From a virus (taxonomy: Duplodnaviria > Caudoviricetes), in the IMG/VR virus record IMGVR_UViG_3300020050_010385, positions 1-64,000 of that record: a stretch of DNA of 64,000 nucleotides. The stretch is one strand, 5' to 3'. Shown one piece after another: positions 17,067 through 27,592 of the stretch (positions are counted from its first letter, which is position 1; the number at the start of each line of letters is the position of its first letter). The translations under genes were made by a program, and so were the position numbers. The notes under the pieces were generated by a model. The model was not told where the DNA came from and made no database searches. It worked only from the letters and a program-made list of their open reading frames with translations.

Positions 17067-17246
17067 AAGGTTTTTCCTTAGGTTCTTTAAATATAAAATA
17101 TTTTTCCATTCCTTTTTCTATTACAATTTGCCCTTCCCATTGACATTGACCGGCTTTTGCAATTTCTTTACCTTCAATGCTTGTTACTGCTTCAGCACAT
17201 AGATTTCCGTTTATATCTCTTGAAACATTTTTAAGTTTTAACTTAA

Positions 17247-18047
17247 TCATGCCGCAGCCTCCAATCTATCATTTACTGGAAACTTAACCGTTTCATACCA
17301 GCCTGAACAAATCCCAACAAAAGTATCCGGTTTCTCCAGAATTTCCGCCACCGTCCATTCGTGGTCAAGATAATGTTGAAAATGCGGCACAATATTATCG
17401 ATCATTGTATTAGCAACCTGATAGCAATTCTCATAAATATGCGCATCCCCAATCATAATCCCTACACCGCCAAACTTAATACCCACCGAGTTAAATATAG
17501 CCTGGCCTAACAAATAGTAGGTCATCAAGTCATACGGAATTCCAATAATAACATCAGCCGACCGCTGATAAACTGAAATAAATCCTTTCCCTGCAACAAT
17601 ATAGAGGTTGAAGGCAAACGGGCACGGCACATTTTTATCAAACCCTTGACTCATTAACCCATCAGTCCCCGGATTCCATGAAATCACGAGGGCCTGGCGC
17701 GTGGACGGATCTTTTTTAAGAAGCCCAATAGCCTCCTCTATTTGATTTCTTCCAAACTCATGTACCCACCTATACCCATAAGCCGTGTTAATAAACCCAG
17801 GCCGATCCTCAAACTTCTGCCAGATTTTAGTATGCTTAGACAGCCACTCTGTACTTCTAGTCCCAGACAGCATCCAGGCCACTTCGGCCGCAGCAATCCG
17901 AGGCAGGATCTTTCTGGTAGAAAATAGCTGATTGGACTTCAACTCAACCGTTTGATTAAGAAGCCTTCGGGTTTTAAGCCCAGTTCTTTGATTGGGTTCT
18001 TCAATCCCATCTACTAACACTCGAAACACTAAGTCCATGTAATTCAT
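17247..18047 (-). CDS. Thymidylate synthase-family enzyme, Asp-type
   Basis: VPC, YQRSAD..IGIPYD, DAHIY. Confidence 0.85.
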   Translation of the reverse strand: MNYMDLVFRVLVDGIEEPNQRTGLKTRRLLNQTVELKSNQLFSTRKILPRIAAAEVAWMLSGTRSTEWLSKHTKIWQKFEDRPGFINTAYGYRWVHEFGRNQIEEAIGLLKKDPSTRQALVISWNPGTDGLMSQGFDKNVPCPFAFNLYIVAGKGFISVYQRSADVIIGIPYDLMTYYLLGQAIFNSVGIKFGGVGIMIGDAHIYENCYQVANTMIDNIVPHFQHYLDHEWTVAEILEKPDTFVGICSGWYETVKFPVNDRLEAAA

Positions 18048-18364
18048 GAAGCCTCCGTCATGTTGGTTCCTTCACCTATCATAACTGCATACAAAGCGCA
18101 GTAATTAGCCAAATCTTTAAGCCTTTCACGTATAGGCTCAGACTCCAGCTGTCCCTTTTTTGCATGGCTCATAATTGCATTCCAATGCTTATCCATGTAC
18201 ACTGTCAGCACTTGCTCAGGCTTAATGCCAAGCTTAGCTGCAGTTGCTTTTATTTCAGAAAACGGCACGCCTTCTGGATTATAATCCGCACCTTTTTTTT
18301 CTAGAATTGCAAGACATTCAATAAAAAAGTCTTTAAGACTATTATCTCTTTCTACCATACTCAT
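18044..18364 (-). CDS. Nucleotide-modification-associated (Nmad1/DUF1599-like) protein
   Basis: KG.DY...DK.....DLANY pattern next to TS. Confidence 0.65.
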   Translation of the reverse strand: MSMVERDNSLKDFFIECLAILEKKGADYNPEGVPFSEIKATAAKLGIKPEQVLTVYMDKHWNAIMSHAKKGQLESEPIRERLKDLANYCALYAVMIGEGTNMTEAS

Positions 18365-18502
18365 CTTGATTTCCCCCTTAGGCTTTGGTACGCATAGCTA
18401 AATACTCTGCGCATTTGTATTTTACTTAATCCATCTTCATATAACACTTGCATAAGCTTATCAGCAAGCACTTTCTTATACTGGCTAGACATGCGCTCGG
18501 CT

Positions 18503-18901
18503 TTAATAGCCGCTTTTTTGTCGTTCTTCATTAATCTCCCCTTTCCTGGAAAAGTACTGATATATGTTCTCAGGCGTCATACTTAACGCAATTGCCTTGC
18601 TCATAAGAAACTTGAGGTCATCAATAACTTCCATGCGCGCAGCTTCAAGGTCCAGCGGTTTGGTTGTTTTCTTCCAGTGTTTCCAATTAAGTTCCTCAAT
18701 CAATTCCGCATTCTCCATAATCGCGCATAAGCTTAACTCCTTAAGCCATCGATTTACTTCCGCAGGCGGCATGTTTGGCGTCAAGCCAAACTGCCTAGCA
18801 AACTTTAATTGATCCTCATACATTTGGCCTAACCTATCTTGCCCAATCACAGGGACCCAAGTCTTACCTTTAATCATTTTACTTTCTTGTCTTTCCATCA
18901 T
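18503..18901 (-). CDS. Dimeric dUTPase/dCTPase (all-alpha NTP-PPase)
   Basis: E..EL..E..WK.WK...E.ID...K...N..RQ..GY. Confidence 0.85.
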   Translation of the reverse strand: MMERQESKMIKGKTWVPVIGQDRLGQMYEDQLKFARQFGLTPNMPPAEVNRWLKELSLCAIMENAELIEELNWKHWKKTTKPLDLEAARMEVIDDLKFLMSKAIALSMTPENIYQYFSRKGEINEERQKSGY

Positions 18902-19088
18902 CTTATCCCTTTCAAAGCCCCACGTTTAAATGCGCTCTTATACCACGAGAAATGCCGCTCGTTGAATTTACTTTCTGGGAAAAAACTTTTAACTTCTTTC
19001 AGCGTTTTCTCATAGCTATTCTTTGCCTCCGTCTTTAGTAAAGCCTTCATTAAGGCCGTTATACTTCCATACTTAGCTTTCTTAGTCA

Positions 19089-19532
19089 TTACGCACGCCC
19101 CTTTCTCTTCATATAGACATGACTCCCAATAGTCACGGTTACCTTCATATCCTTCATCCAATACGGTTTTCCAAATCGATCAACGTTCTCCCAGTGCGTT
19201 GCCCCGCAGGTTATATCCTTCCCGCACGCCCTGTCATAAGCCGACTGCACCCAAGCCCTTCTTGCCATCTTCCACACCCAAGCCGGCTCCTTCTTAACGT
19301 GGGGAGCATGTTCCCCATATACCCCTTTCAAAGTCCCGCGATTGCGTATCGCATGGGCGCAGGCCAGCATCGCCCGATACTTTAGCTCCAGGTTTGCCCC
19401 GCCTTCCCCCGACACTTCCCCGATTATCGCGGCAATGGCTCTATCCGCAGGGATTTGCGTATCCGAAGCATAGGCCAAGGTGCATGAACTAAGCGTCACG
19501 GCTATTAACGTCACTATGGCAGGTTTATACAT
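19089..19532 (-). CDS. SleB-like cell wall hydrolase with N-terminal signal
   Basis: IIGE..GE, A..IRNR, DIT.GATHW, IGSH.Y. Confidence 0.75.
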   Translation of the reverse strand: MYKPAIVTLIAVTLSSCTLAYASDTQIPADRAIAAIIGEVSGEGGANLELKYRAMLACAHAIRNRGTLKGVYGEHAPHVKKEPAWVWKMARRAWVQSAYDRACGKDITCGATHWENVDRFGKPYWMKDMKVTVTIGSHVYMKRKGRA

Positions 19533-19761
19533 TGCTCACCTCCGGGATTGTGGTGAGGTATTGTCCTTTTCCAACTCCAAGTTCGCATTCTTCCCGATCA
19601 AAATGTGATCGGCAGACGTTAGCCCAGTAACCCCTGGAAGGAAGCTTGGCATCATAGCAAGCTTCGTGCGTTTCGCCAACTAAATGGCAGAGGTCGCATT
19701 TCGGAAGTGAAGCAACAAGTACAACGTTCTTAAGTTTTGGTTTGATCACGGTGTGTGGCAT
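19525..19761 (-). CDS. Small Zn-binding phage protein
   Basis: CDLC..YDA....WA..C..H....LG.GKGQ. Confidence 0.6.
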   Translation of the reverse strand: MPHTVIKPKLKNVVLVASLPKCDLCHLVGETHEACYDAKLPSRGYWANVCRSHFDREECELGVGKGQYLTTIPEVSNV

Positions 19762-20861
19762 TTGCGAGCCTTTCGTTTATTTGTTTATTGTCTACTGATG
19801 TAATCTTCCGCTAACATTCTCGGAGTGATACGGTAAAAATGAAGCTGCGCCTCTAAGCTGTAAAGAAACGCAAACTCTCTAGCGTCTTTTTCCAACGCCT
19901 CAATTCTTTCTTCTCGTGTTATATCAACTTGTTGAATGTTTGTTCTACGATAAAGATTTGCTTGGTTCTCTTTTTCGTAGTGAAAAAAGAACTCGGACAA
20001 ATTAACTTCTACCATGCGGTTTTGAATATGTTCAGGATTTGTTGTAGGGTATACCATTTTATTTTTCTCCCCAGCATTCGGTTTCGTATTGGATCTCTCT
20101 GTCTTTGGCTTGCTCTTCAACGGAGTCTGGTTGAAACAGGGAACAAATAAATTTCAATAAGCTTTTCATGTAAGTCTCCTTTTTAGCTCATAAGCATGCC
20201 GTTTATGAAGATCGCCTAGACTAAGCATTGCGTTAATCCAATAACGGTCATTCCCAAACGCTTTTAATATAGAGAAAGCCTCTGCGGCTTTGGAACGGAC
20301 GGGGACGGCGATCATGTGCCGATTGTCCGTAGCTCGCAACCCACCAGTGAAGGCGTCCTTAGCCGCAGGGCTTTTGTTAATCTGATTTTTGTCTTGATTC
20401 TGGTCCATTGCTTTGCGAGCCTTTTGTGTTGGTGTTTCTCTTTATATAGTAACCACACCAATGTCAATAATTCTGCAAGCTGTTTTACATACAAAATCAC
20501 ACATATCATTTGTGTTTGAAAAAAACGCTTGTTGCCCAATTCCGTACGTTATTACCCAACTTTTAACTTGTTTCATTGCGAGCTCCTTTAGTTGTTTGTT
20601 TCGTTCCGCATTCGTTAATTAAAATATATCATGCTTTTGCAGAAAAGAACAGTATTATTTTAAAATAATTTAGGGGGCCAAAAAGTTCCAATTTTCATTT
20701 AGGCACGCAGAAAACAGCCTGCTGCCCGGGAGCGTTGCGCTTTAAGTAGTCCTTAAGCTGCGTCGACACCGCCTCGCAGGCCGTCCCGCCGACAAACTCC
20801 TGCGTGTGAACCGCGGTAACGTTCCCGCCGCTCGAGATAATAATTATAAACAAAATGTAAA

Positions 20862-21287
20862 TCATATTTTTAACCTCCTATAAGAATCAAAGAGCTTCTC
20901 TATATATAGCGTCATCTCATCCCTATTCTGGCAAAAAACAATCTCAATGCCGTAGATCGCCCGAATTGTGTAAAGCTGCTTTACAATGCTTACTCCTGTT
21001 CTTTGGGATCTTGAATAGCCTTTAAGCACTTTGCTTAAGCTGCCTTCAACTATAATAATAATCTTAACTTTATCTGCTTCCGCCTTTCTTAACATATTCC
21101 GAAACCGCTCATATCCCTTTGAAAGGCTCCCAAACAAATCCGCAATCGATTTCCTCTCAAATATCACCGGCACCATGCTCTCATCGTCAAGCTCACACCC
21201 ATAATCCCCAAACGGCAAACACGCCTTGGCCGAAGGCCAGGCAAACTCAAGGGGCCTTTGTTCGCGCGTATCAATTAGAATTTTCAT
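20862..21287 (-). CDS. ERCC4-domain nuclease
   Basis: IDTREQ.P, GDY, ERKS..DL. Confidence 0.85.
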   Translation of the reverse strand: MKILIDTREQRPLEFAWPSAKACLPFGDYGCELDDESMVPVIFERKSIADLFGSLSKGYERFRNMLRKAEADKVKIIIIVEGSLSKVLKGYSRSQRTGVSIVKQLYTIRAIYGIEIVFCQNRDEMTLYIEKLFDSYRRLKI

Positions 21288-21450
21288 ACACCTTCCTCAG
21301 GATCAAATCCTTCTCTTTTAATACAGTTTATGACCGTGCCCAGATCAGAAGCAACTCTCTCCAGTCGATAGAGAAGTTCTTTTGAGGCCTTTAACTTCTT
21401 AAGCCGCTCTCTTTCCTTCTTAACTGCAAGCTGCGCCTCTACAATATTCA

Positions 21451-21687
21451 TCATTCCTCCTCCTTCCAGTTAGCCCTAGGGGAGCTATCTATTAACCCTT
21501 TTTCATATGCCCATTCTAATACACTGAATTCTAAGGTTTTACTTGCCCTTGATTTACCGTTTTCCCATTTAGAAATTGTTACCTGTGAAACTCTAAGTTC
21601 ATTCGCTAATTCAACTTGAGACATTCCTAAAGTTGCTCTCCATTCTACTAATAATTTTTCAAATTCTTTTGGTATTTTATTTGACAT
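21451..21687 (-). CDS. Xre-family HTH regulator
   Basis: MSQ.ELA..L.VSQ.TISKWENG. Confidence 0.9.
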   Translation of the reverse strand: MSNKIPKEFEKLLVEWRATLGMSQVELANELRVSQVTISKWENGKSRASKTLEFSVLEWAYEKGLIDSSPRANWKEEE

Positions 21688-21775
21688 TAGTTTCTCCTTT
21701 CATTGAAAAACATTATATAGAGAAGAAAGTCTTTTGTACATACTTTTTATTAACGTTTATACTAAATAGTATGAT

Positions 21776-22010
21776 TATAACTGCGTTTTAGTCGTAAACT
21801 ATTGGTACATATAGCTTTAAGCCCTATAGTTGCGCAGATAGCATACACTAGCTATACTATTATCTTAGATTGATAAGCATATTTTTAATTTTTAATTAAG
21901 ATATTAACTAAAATACTATGCCATGATAGGGCTTATTCGCGCAACTATCGTATCAAATTGCTATACGCACCAACGCTTTAAGTAGCCTTTTTGAGCAAAA
22001 CGCAGTTATA
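21776..22010. repeat. Large multi-box inverted repeat in divergent intergenic region
   Basis: Four pairs of inverted boxes around an AT-rich core. Confidence 0.75.
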
Positions 22011-22152
22011 TTAAGAATATTGAGAATAATTATTATTAAAACTCATTTTATTTTAATCCTTGCCCAAAGTCATTTGCGCATTCATTTCCAGCATAGCAAC
22101 TGCGGGGAAACTATTTCTCTTACTCTTTTCGCATTCTTGTTATACTTAAATC

Positions 22153-22602
22153 ATGAAACGGAAACTAAGCGGAAAAAAACCAGGCAATCCAAATCCTTCA
22201 CCTGCTACACGATTTAAACCGGGTAATAGATACCCAGGTCAAGGTAAAAGAAAAATTCCTAATTCGGAACTTATTAAATTTACAGCCCTTGTAATTGCTG
22301 AAACAATTAAAAAACTTCAAGCTCTTACAACTCCAGAATTAGAAAAAGTTTCTCGATCAAACGAAGTACCTTCTCTTGAACGCACTATTGCACGGGGAAT
22401 GATAACAGATATTAGATCCGGTTCTCTTTATAACTTTGATAGGCTCTTAGCGCGATCAATTGGCAATGTACCTACTAAACAAGAAATTTCTGGATTAGAT
22501 GGAGCGCCATTAGTACCGCCTCAAATTGTGATCCAGGAGGTAGAGCCTAATAGAGAAGAGGCTCCTAAGCCTAATGATAATCCAAGTACCGCCCAAGGTT
22601 AG
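22153..22602 (+). CDS. Terminase small subunit
   Basis: GNP...TRFKPGN; EISG.DG.P C-terminus; precedes TerL. Confidence 0.75.
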   Translation: MKRKLSGKKPGNPNPSPATRFKPGNRYPGQGKRKIPNSELIKFTALVIAETIKKLQALTTPELEKVSRSNEVPSLERTIARGMITDIRSGSLYNFDRLLARSIGNVPTKQEISGLDGAPLVPPQIVIQEVEPNREEAPKPNDNPSTAQG

Positions 22603-23776
22603 AAAGGTTCTCTATAACGAAGAAGCCGACCGCAAGGCACTATACGGCGGAAGAGGCTCAACCAAGTCCTGGTCCGTCGCGGATTACCTGCTAACTCGAA
22701 CCGCGTATGCTAAAAGACGGGTTTTATGTACCAGAGAAATTCAAGGCTCAATAAGAGATTCAGTTTACCGTTTGCTCTGCGACCGAATATATCATCATAA
22801 GCTCCAAAACGTTTACGACATTCAAAGGGACTGCATTTATGGGATATTTGGTTCAGAATTCCTATTTAAAGGCCTTAGGCAAAACATAAGCGAGATAAAG
22901 TCAACCGAAGGCGTTGATATTTGCTGGGTCGAAGAAGCTGAAAAGGTATCAAAAGACTCTTGGGATACTCTAATACCAACAATCAGAAAGCCAAAGTCAG
23001 AAATCATTCTGACATTCAACCCCGAAGATGAGAACTCAGACACCTACACCAGATTCGTTGAAAAAGACGGCAAGCCCGTTTCTCAGCCAGGGCTTGTCAG
23101 CGCCTTTGTCAACTGGTGGGACAACCCATGGTTCCCAGAAGTGCTGCGGCGGGAAATGCTCTGGTGCAAGCAAAACGACCCTGAAAAATACGACCATGTG
23201 TGGGGAGGGCGACCAAAGAAATACGGTCAAGCGGTTATCTTTAAGAATAAACTTCGGGTTGAAGAATTCGAACCAGCAGGCGAAGGCACTCAGTTCATGT
23301 TTGGCGCAGATTGGGGTTTTGGTGTTGACCCTTCTTGTTTGGTTCGTATGTTTATTCGGGATCGTAAATTATACATTGACCGGGAATTCTACGGGTACGG
23401 TATTGAGATTGACGATTTGCCTCGTTGTTTTGATGGCGTTGAACACTCTCGTAAGTTTACAATTCGTGGGGATTCTTCCCGTCCTGACACAATCTCTTAC
23501 ATGTCGAATCAAGGATTTAATTGCATCGGTGCAGAGAAAGGTCCAGGAAGCGTAGAAGATGGAATCGAATTCCTTAAAAACTTTGAAGCCATTATTGTTC
23601 ATCCAAGTTGTACAGGTAGCGTGGGTGATTTCTCAAATTACCGTTGGAAGGTTGACAGAATTACAGATGAAGTTTTACCTATTCCTGTGGATAAGTCAAA
23701 TCATGCTTGCGACGCTGCTCGTTATGCGCTCGAGCCGTATATGAAAGGAAACGTCAGTATCTACGACGTAATGTAA
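22574..23776 (+). CDS. Terminase large subunit, PBSX family
   Basis: GGRGSTKS, WVEEAE, FNP, GADWG, NHACDA.RY. Confidence 0.95.
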   Translation: MIIQVPPKVRKVLYNEEADRKALYGGRGSTKSWSVADYLLTRTAYAKRRVLCTREIQGSIRDSVYRLLCDRIYHHKLQNVYDIQRDCIYGIFGSEFLFKGLRQNISEIKSTEGVDICWVEEAEKVSKDSWDTLIPTIRKPKSEIILTFNPEDENSDTYTRFVEKDGKPVSQPGLVSAFVNWWDNPWFPEVLRREMLWCKQNDPEKYDHVWGGRPKKYGQAVIFKNKLRVEEFEPAGEGTQFMFGADWGFGVDPSCLVRMFIRDRKLYIDREFYGYGIEIDDLPRCFDGVEHSRKFTIRGDSSRPDTISYMSNQGFNCIGAEKGPGSVEDGIEFLKNFEAIIVHPSCTGSVGDFSNYRWKVDRITDEVLPIPVDKSNHACDAARYALEPYMKGNVSIYDVM

Positions 23777-23778
23777 CT

Positions 23779-24486
23779 ATGGACAACCAAATCAAATTTT
23801 CCGTTGTTTTCCCCACCCGTGAAAGAATCTTTTTGCTCAAGCAACTCCTCAGTTCTCTCATCCAGAACACGTGCAACACCAAAGAAATTGAAGTTCTCAT
23901 TGCCGTTGATTCCGACGATGTCATTACCCAGGAATACCTAAACACCTACCCGTTACCCTTCGTTCATATGCACGTTGTGGAACGCTCCCTCAATTTCTCT
24001 CGTGATTATTACTCTTACCTCGCATCCCAATCCAAAGGGCGTTGGATTATTACGGCAAATGACGACTGTGTTTTCGAAACTCCTGACTGGGACGTTCTTG
24101 CTTACGACGTTCTCAAAGACAAACCCAATGTTATTTACGGTTGGATCCAGGACGGCATTGACGGCTTCAGAGCCAAAGGTCACGGTAACTATTGCTGTTT
24201 CCCTCTCCAGGGACGTGCTGGTGTTGAAGCTTTGGGGGGAGTTTTCCCTGCTCGCATTCCAACTTGGGGTGCCGACATTTGGTGTAAGAACCTTTACGAC
24301 GCAGTTGACTCGGTTGTTGAATTGCCCATTACGTTGCGACATTATTGCCATCACAACCAAACCCGTGAGCAAGACCACATCTCTAAGCGCATTATGGAGA
24401 ACCAAGTTCCTTTCGACATGCGTCCGAACTATGAAGAAATCAACAAGCTGTTAGCCGCCCTTCGTAAGGAGGTTTCAAATGCGTGA
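23779..24486 (+). CDS. Glycosyltransferase (GT-A fold, GT2-like)
   Basis: SVVFPTR.R, D.DD, NDD motif. Confidence 0.8.
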   Translation: MDNQIKFSVVFPTRERIFLLKQLLSSLIQNTCNTKEIEVLIAVDSDDVITQEYLNTYPLPFVHMHVVERSLNFSRDYYSYLASQSKGRWIITANDDCVFETPDWDVLAYDVLKDKPNVIYGWIQDGIDGFRAKGHGNYCCFPLQGRAGVEALGGVFPARIPTWGADIWCKNLYDAVDSVVELPITLRHYCHHNQTREQDHISKRIMENQVPFDMRPNYEEINKLLAALRKEVSNA

Positions 24487-25021
24487 CATTATCTTCGATC
24501 CGCAAATGACCTCGTTCGACATGGCTTCCCTCGAGGCTTTGGTTGAGCAAAAACGTCCCAAGTGCGCCGTTGAGATTGGTTCTTGGAAGGGACTTTCTTC
24601 CAGCATCATTGCTCGGTACTCTGATCTTTTGTATTGTGTTGACACGTGGCAAGGTGCCCCGGACGAAGTTCACATGGTTAACGAAGCGAAGGAACGGTCA
24701 GTGTTGGAGGTTTTCCGAAGCAATATGAGCATCATGGGGTTGACCGAGAAGGTTCGTCCGATGCTTATGACCTCGGTTGAAGCGCAAAAGATCTTTGTTC
24801 CAGGGATCATTGATTTCATTTACATCGACGGGGATCACACCTACGAAGCTGTGATGGAAGACTTTAATTGGTTTGAACTATTAATGCCGGGAGCAATCAT
24901 GGCTGGACACGACAACGACGAAGCTCACCCCGGAGTGCAAAGAGCGTTAAAAGAAAGCTTTGGGGAGCACTTCAAAGCTATGGATAAATCCTCGGTTTGG
25001 TTCATACAGAAGGCTCAATAA
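24479..25021 (+). CDS. Class I SAM methyltransferase (Methyltransf_24-like)
   Basis: VEIGSWKG.S, IDGDHTYE, GHD. Confidence 0.85.
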   Translation: MRDIIFDPQMTSFDMASLEALVEQKRPKCAVEIGSWKGLSSSIIARYSDLLYCVDTWQGAPDEVHMVNEAKERSVLEVFRSNMSIMGLTEKVRPMLMTSVEAQKIFVPGIIDFIYIDGDHTYEAVMEDFNWFELLMPGAIMAGHDNDEAHPGVQRALKESFGEHFKAMDKSSVWFIQKAQ

Positions 25022-25023
25022 AA

Positions 25024-26433
25024 ATGGCCACAAAGAAAACAAATTCAAAGCTTAAAGGTAAGGAAGTCAAGAACAATTCCATTGGTCCACTCACTAACCC
25101 GATGTCGGGTATTTTTGACACGTTCGGTTTGGGTGGAGGTGCTGCTGCTTCTTTGCCGTACGAGATTGCTAACAACAACTCTTACAACCTCATTTCTCTC
25201 CAGAGAGTCATGCTCACGTATGCGTATGTTCTCCATGGACCACTTCGCACGTTGGTGGATCAGCCTGTGTATGACGCTTTCCGTGGGGGCATTAAGATCA
25301 AGACTGACGAGGTTTCGCCTGAAGAAATCGAAGACCTTCACCGTGAAATGAAGAAACTCAAGGTCACCAAAAAGATTATCGAAGCCATGCGTTGGGACGG
25401 TTTGTTTGGTGGGGCTGGGATTATCATTAACACTAACCAGAATCCGGCATCTAAACTTGACATCGACCAGGTTAAAGACAATTCCCCCCTCGAGTTAATC
25501 GCAGCTGACCGTTGGGAACTTACCTGGAACGGTATTCCAACCTCGGAAAAAGCCACGTTCTCCTATTATACCAAAACAGTTCATCAGTCCCGTGTCGCCC
25601 GTATCGTTGGAGAAAATGCTCCTTCCTTGGTAAGACAGCGTTTACAAGGTTGGGGGATGTCCAAGATCGAATGCGTTATCCGTGAAATTTCCGCTTACTT
25701 TAAGAACAACAACGTTATTTTCGAACTCCTCGATGAAGCCAAGATCGACATTTGGAAAATCAAAGGTTTTAATTCTCAAGTTCTTTCCCAGTTAGCGCAA
25801 GGTAAAACGGCTAAGCGCATTCAAATGGCGACGTACATGAAGAACTTTTTGAACGCTATCACCCTTGACGCTGACGACGATTACCAACAAAAGACCATGA
25901 CCTTCACAGGTCTAGCCGACATGCTTGAGCAAATTCGCATTGGAATTGCTGCTGCTGTTCGCATGCCCATGGCTAAGATCTTCGGGTTAGCTGCTAAAGG
26001 TTTCGCTTCCGGCGAGGACGACATCGAGAATTACAACGCTATCGTCGAGAACGAACGGGAAAAAGCCGAGGAAGTTTTGGAGTTAATCGTTCCAGTTATT
26101 ATGATGAAGGTTTGGGGATTTGTTCCGGACGACTGGAAAGTGGAGTGGAAACCGCTTCGAGTGCTTTCGGCTGAACAGGAAGAAAACGTTAAGACCTCGA
26201 AGTTCGCCCGATACTCTTCACTTTTCTCCCAGGGAATTCTCAACCCGCAGGAATACTGCGAAGTGCTCAAGCAGGAAGGCATTCTTCAAATGGAAACCGA
26301 AGTTGCTAAGGGGGCTGAACCTGAACCCCCGATGATGGCACAAATGGACATGGGGGACGAGGGTGAAGGGGAAAACATTTCAGGGGCAAAGAAACCTAGT
26401 GGTGGGAAGAGTCCGACAAAGGAGAAAGAATAA
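25024..26433 (+). CDS. Portal protein (DUF1073-type)
   Basis: VD.P..DA.R, LFGG, H.SR, FG....GF..GE.D..NY; position. Confidence 0.85.
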   Translation: MATKKTNSKLKGKEVKNNSIGPLTNPMSGIFDTFGLGGGAAASLPYEIANNNSYNLISLQRVMLTYAYVLHGPLRTLVDQPVYDAFRGGIKIKTDEVSPEEIEDLHREMKKLKVTKKIIEAMRWDGLFGGAGIIINTNQNPASKLDIDQVKDNSPLELIAADRWELTWNGIPTSEKATFSYYTKTVHQSRVARIVGENAPSLVRQRLQGWGMSKIECVIREISAYFKNNNVIFELLDEAKIDIWKIKGFNSQVLSQLAQGKTAKRIQMATYMKNFLNAITLDADDDYQQKTMTFTGLADMLEQIRIGIAAAVRMPMAKIFGLAAKGFASGEDDIENYNAIVENEREKAEEVLELIVPVIMMKVWGFVPDDWKVEWKPLRVLSAEQEENVKTSKFARYSSLFSQGILNPQEYCEVLKQEGILQMETEVAKGAEPEPPMMAQMDMGDEGEGENISGAKKPSGGKSPTKEKE

Positions 26434-26609
26434 TGCGACGTCATGAGTTGCTTGCTGCTAAGAAGGATGAGCATCGGGAGTCACGGGTAATGTACGGTAA
26501 GACCGTAACCAAGGTTACTATAGACGGTAAAATCGATAGATACGAAGTAGATCAAAAAACCTTTAAGACCATTGAACAATTACAAGAGTACATACCTCAG
26601 TTAAAATGA
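26433..26609 (+). CDS. 58-aa protein with MRRHELL leader (not in ORF track)
   Basis: Translationally coupled to portal stop and to the next ATG. Confidence 0.65.
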   Translation: MRRHELLAAKKDEHRESRVMYGKTVTKVTIDGKIDRYEVDQKTFKTIEQLQEYIPQLK

Positions 26610-27592
26610 AAACCCTTAAACCAATATACGACCGTGACGCTTACTCAGCCCCGATTGCAAAGGAGATTTACTACGCTTTGTATTTGGCTATCTTTGCTCC
26701 GCTTTTCCAGATCATGGAAGGCAAGCCGACGGTTGAGAATGCTTCGAGTCGTTACTTGGTTCAGGCTTTGCGCTCGGGAAAGTTACAATACGTCAACGGA
26801 TTCTTCATTGGACAACTCAATTCAAACCTTTCAAAAGAACTTAGGGGCATTGGCGCAGTTTACAATAAAGTAAAAAAGGCCTATAAGCTGGAGACTGGCG
26901 ACCTGCCCCAAGATGTACTGTTGGCAATCACAGAAGGTAACATCGAAGCAAAAGCAAAGTTAAGACAGGTCGAGGATTTCCTTAAAGCCGTTGAAGGGCA
27001 AAAGATTAAGGTGGGTGACCTTACTCCGCTCTTCGGGAAAACCTTACAGGGGTTGGATAAGCAATTCGAAACCACTACAAAGAAGGTCACGGGCAAAGAG
27101 TTAGGGATTCCTTTACGTCCAGAGTTGGTGGAAAAGCTTAAAGACGACTACACCGAAAACCTCGATCTTTACATCCAGAAATGGCACGATGAACAAATCC
27201 TGCGTTTAAGACAGAAAGTGTCTTCAAACGTACAGCAAGGTTTCCGAGCAGAGAACTTGATTCAGGATATCCAAGCGGAAAAGAAGGTATCCTACAATAA
27301 AGCGAAGTTCCTAGCCAAGCAAGAAACAAGCTTAATGGTTTCGAAGTACCGCCAAGTTCGTTACGAGGACGCCGGAGTTAATAAGTACATGTGGTCTACA
27401 TCAAAGGATTCAAGGGTGCGTGATGCTCATCGCCACCTACAGGGGAGAATTTTCAGGTTCGATCAACCCCCCGTCACTGATCCTGCGACAGGTGCAAGAA
27501 ACAATCCCGGCGAAGATTTTAACTGCCGCTGTGTAGCAATTCCCGTTTTATCAACCGTTAACATGTTGGAGTTTGATTATGCAGAAAAATGA
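26606..27592 (+). CDS. Minor head morphogenesis protein (Mu gpF/SPP1 gp7)
   Basis: W.T..D.RVR..H..L.G..F...PG..NCRC. Confidence 0.9.
   Translation: MKTLKPIYDRDAYSAPIAKEIYYALYLAIFAPLFQIMEGKPTVENASSRYLVQALRSGKLQYVNGFFIGQLNSNLSKELRGIGAVYNKVKKAYKLETGDLPQDVLLAITEGNIEAKAKLRQVEDFLKAVEGQKIKVGDLTPLFGKTLQGLDKQFETTTKKVTGKELGIPLRPELVEKLKDDYTENLDLYIQKWHDEQILRLRQKVSSNVQQGFRAENLIQDIQAEKKVSYNKAKFLAKQETSLMVSKYRQVRYEDAGVNKYMWSTSKDSRVRDAHRHLQGRIFRFDQPPVTDPATGARNNPGEDFNCRCVAIPVLSTVNMLEFDYAEK

Noticed and set aside
25024-26433. Anti-CBASS Acb1 label often attached to DUF1073 proteins
   Set aside because: Position and motifs indicate portal; no HxT/HxT phosphoesterase domain is visible.
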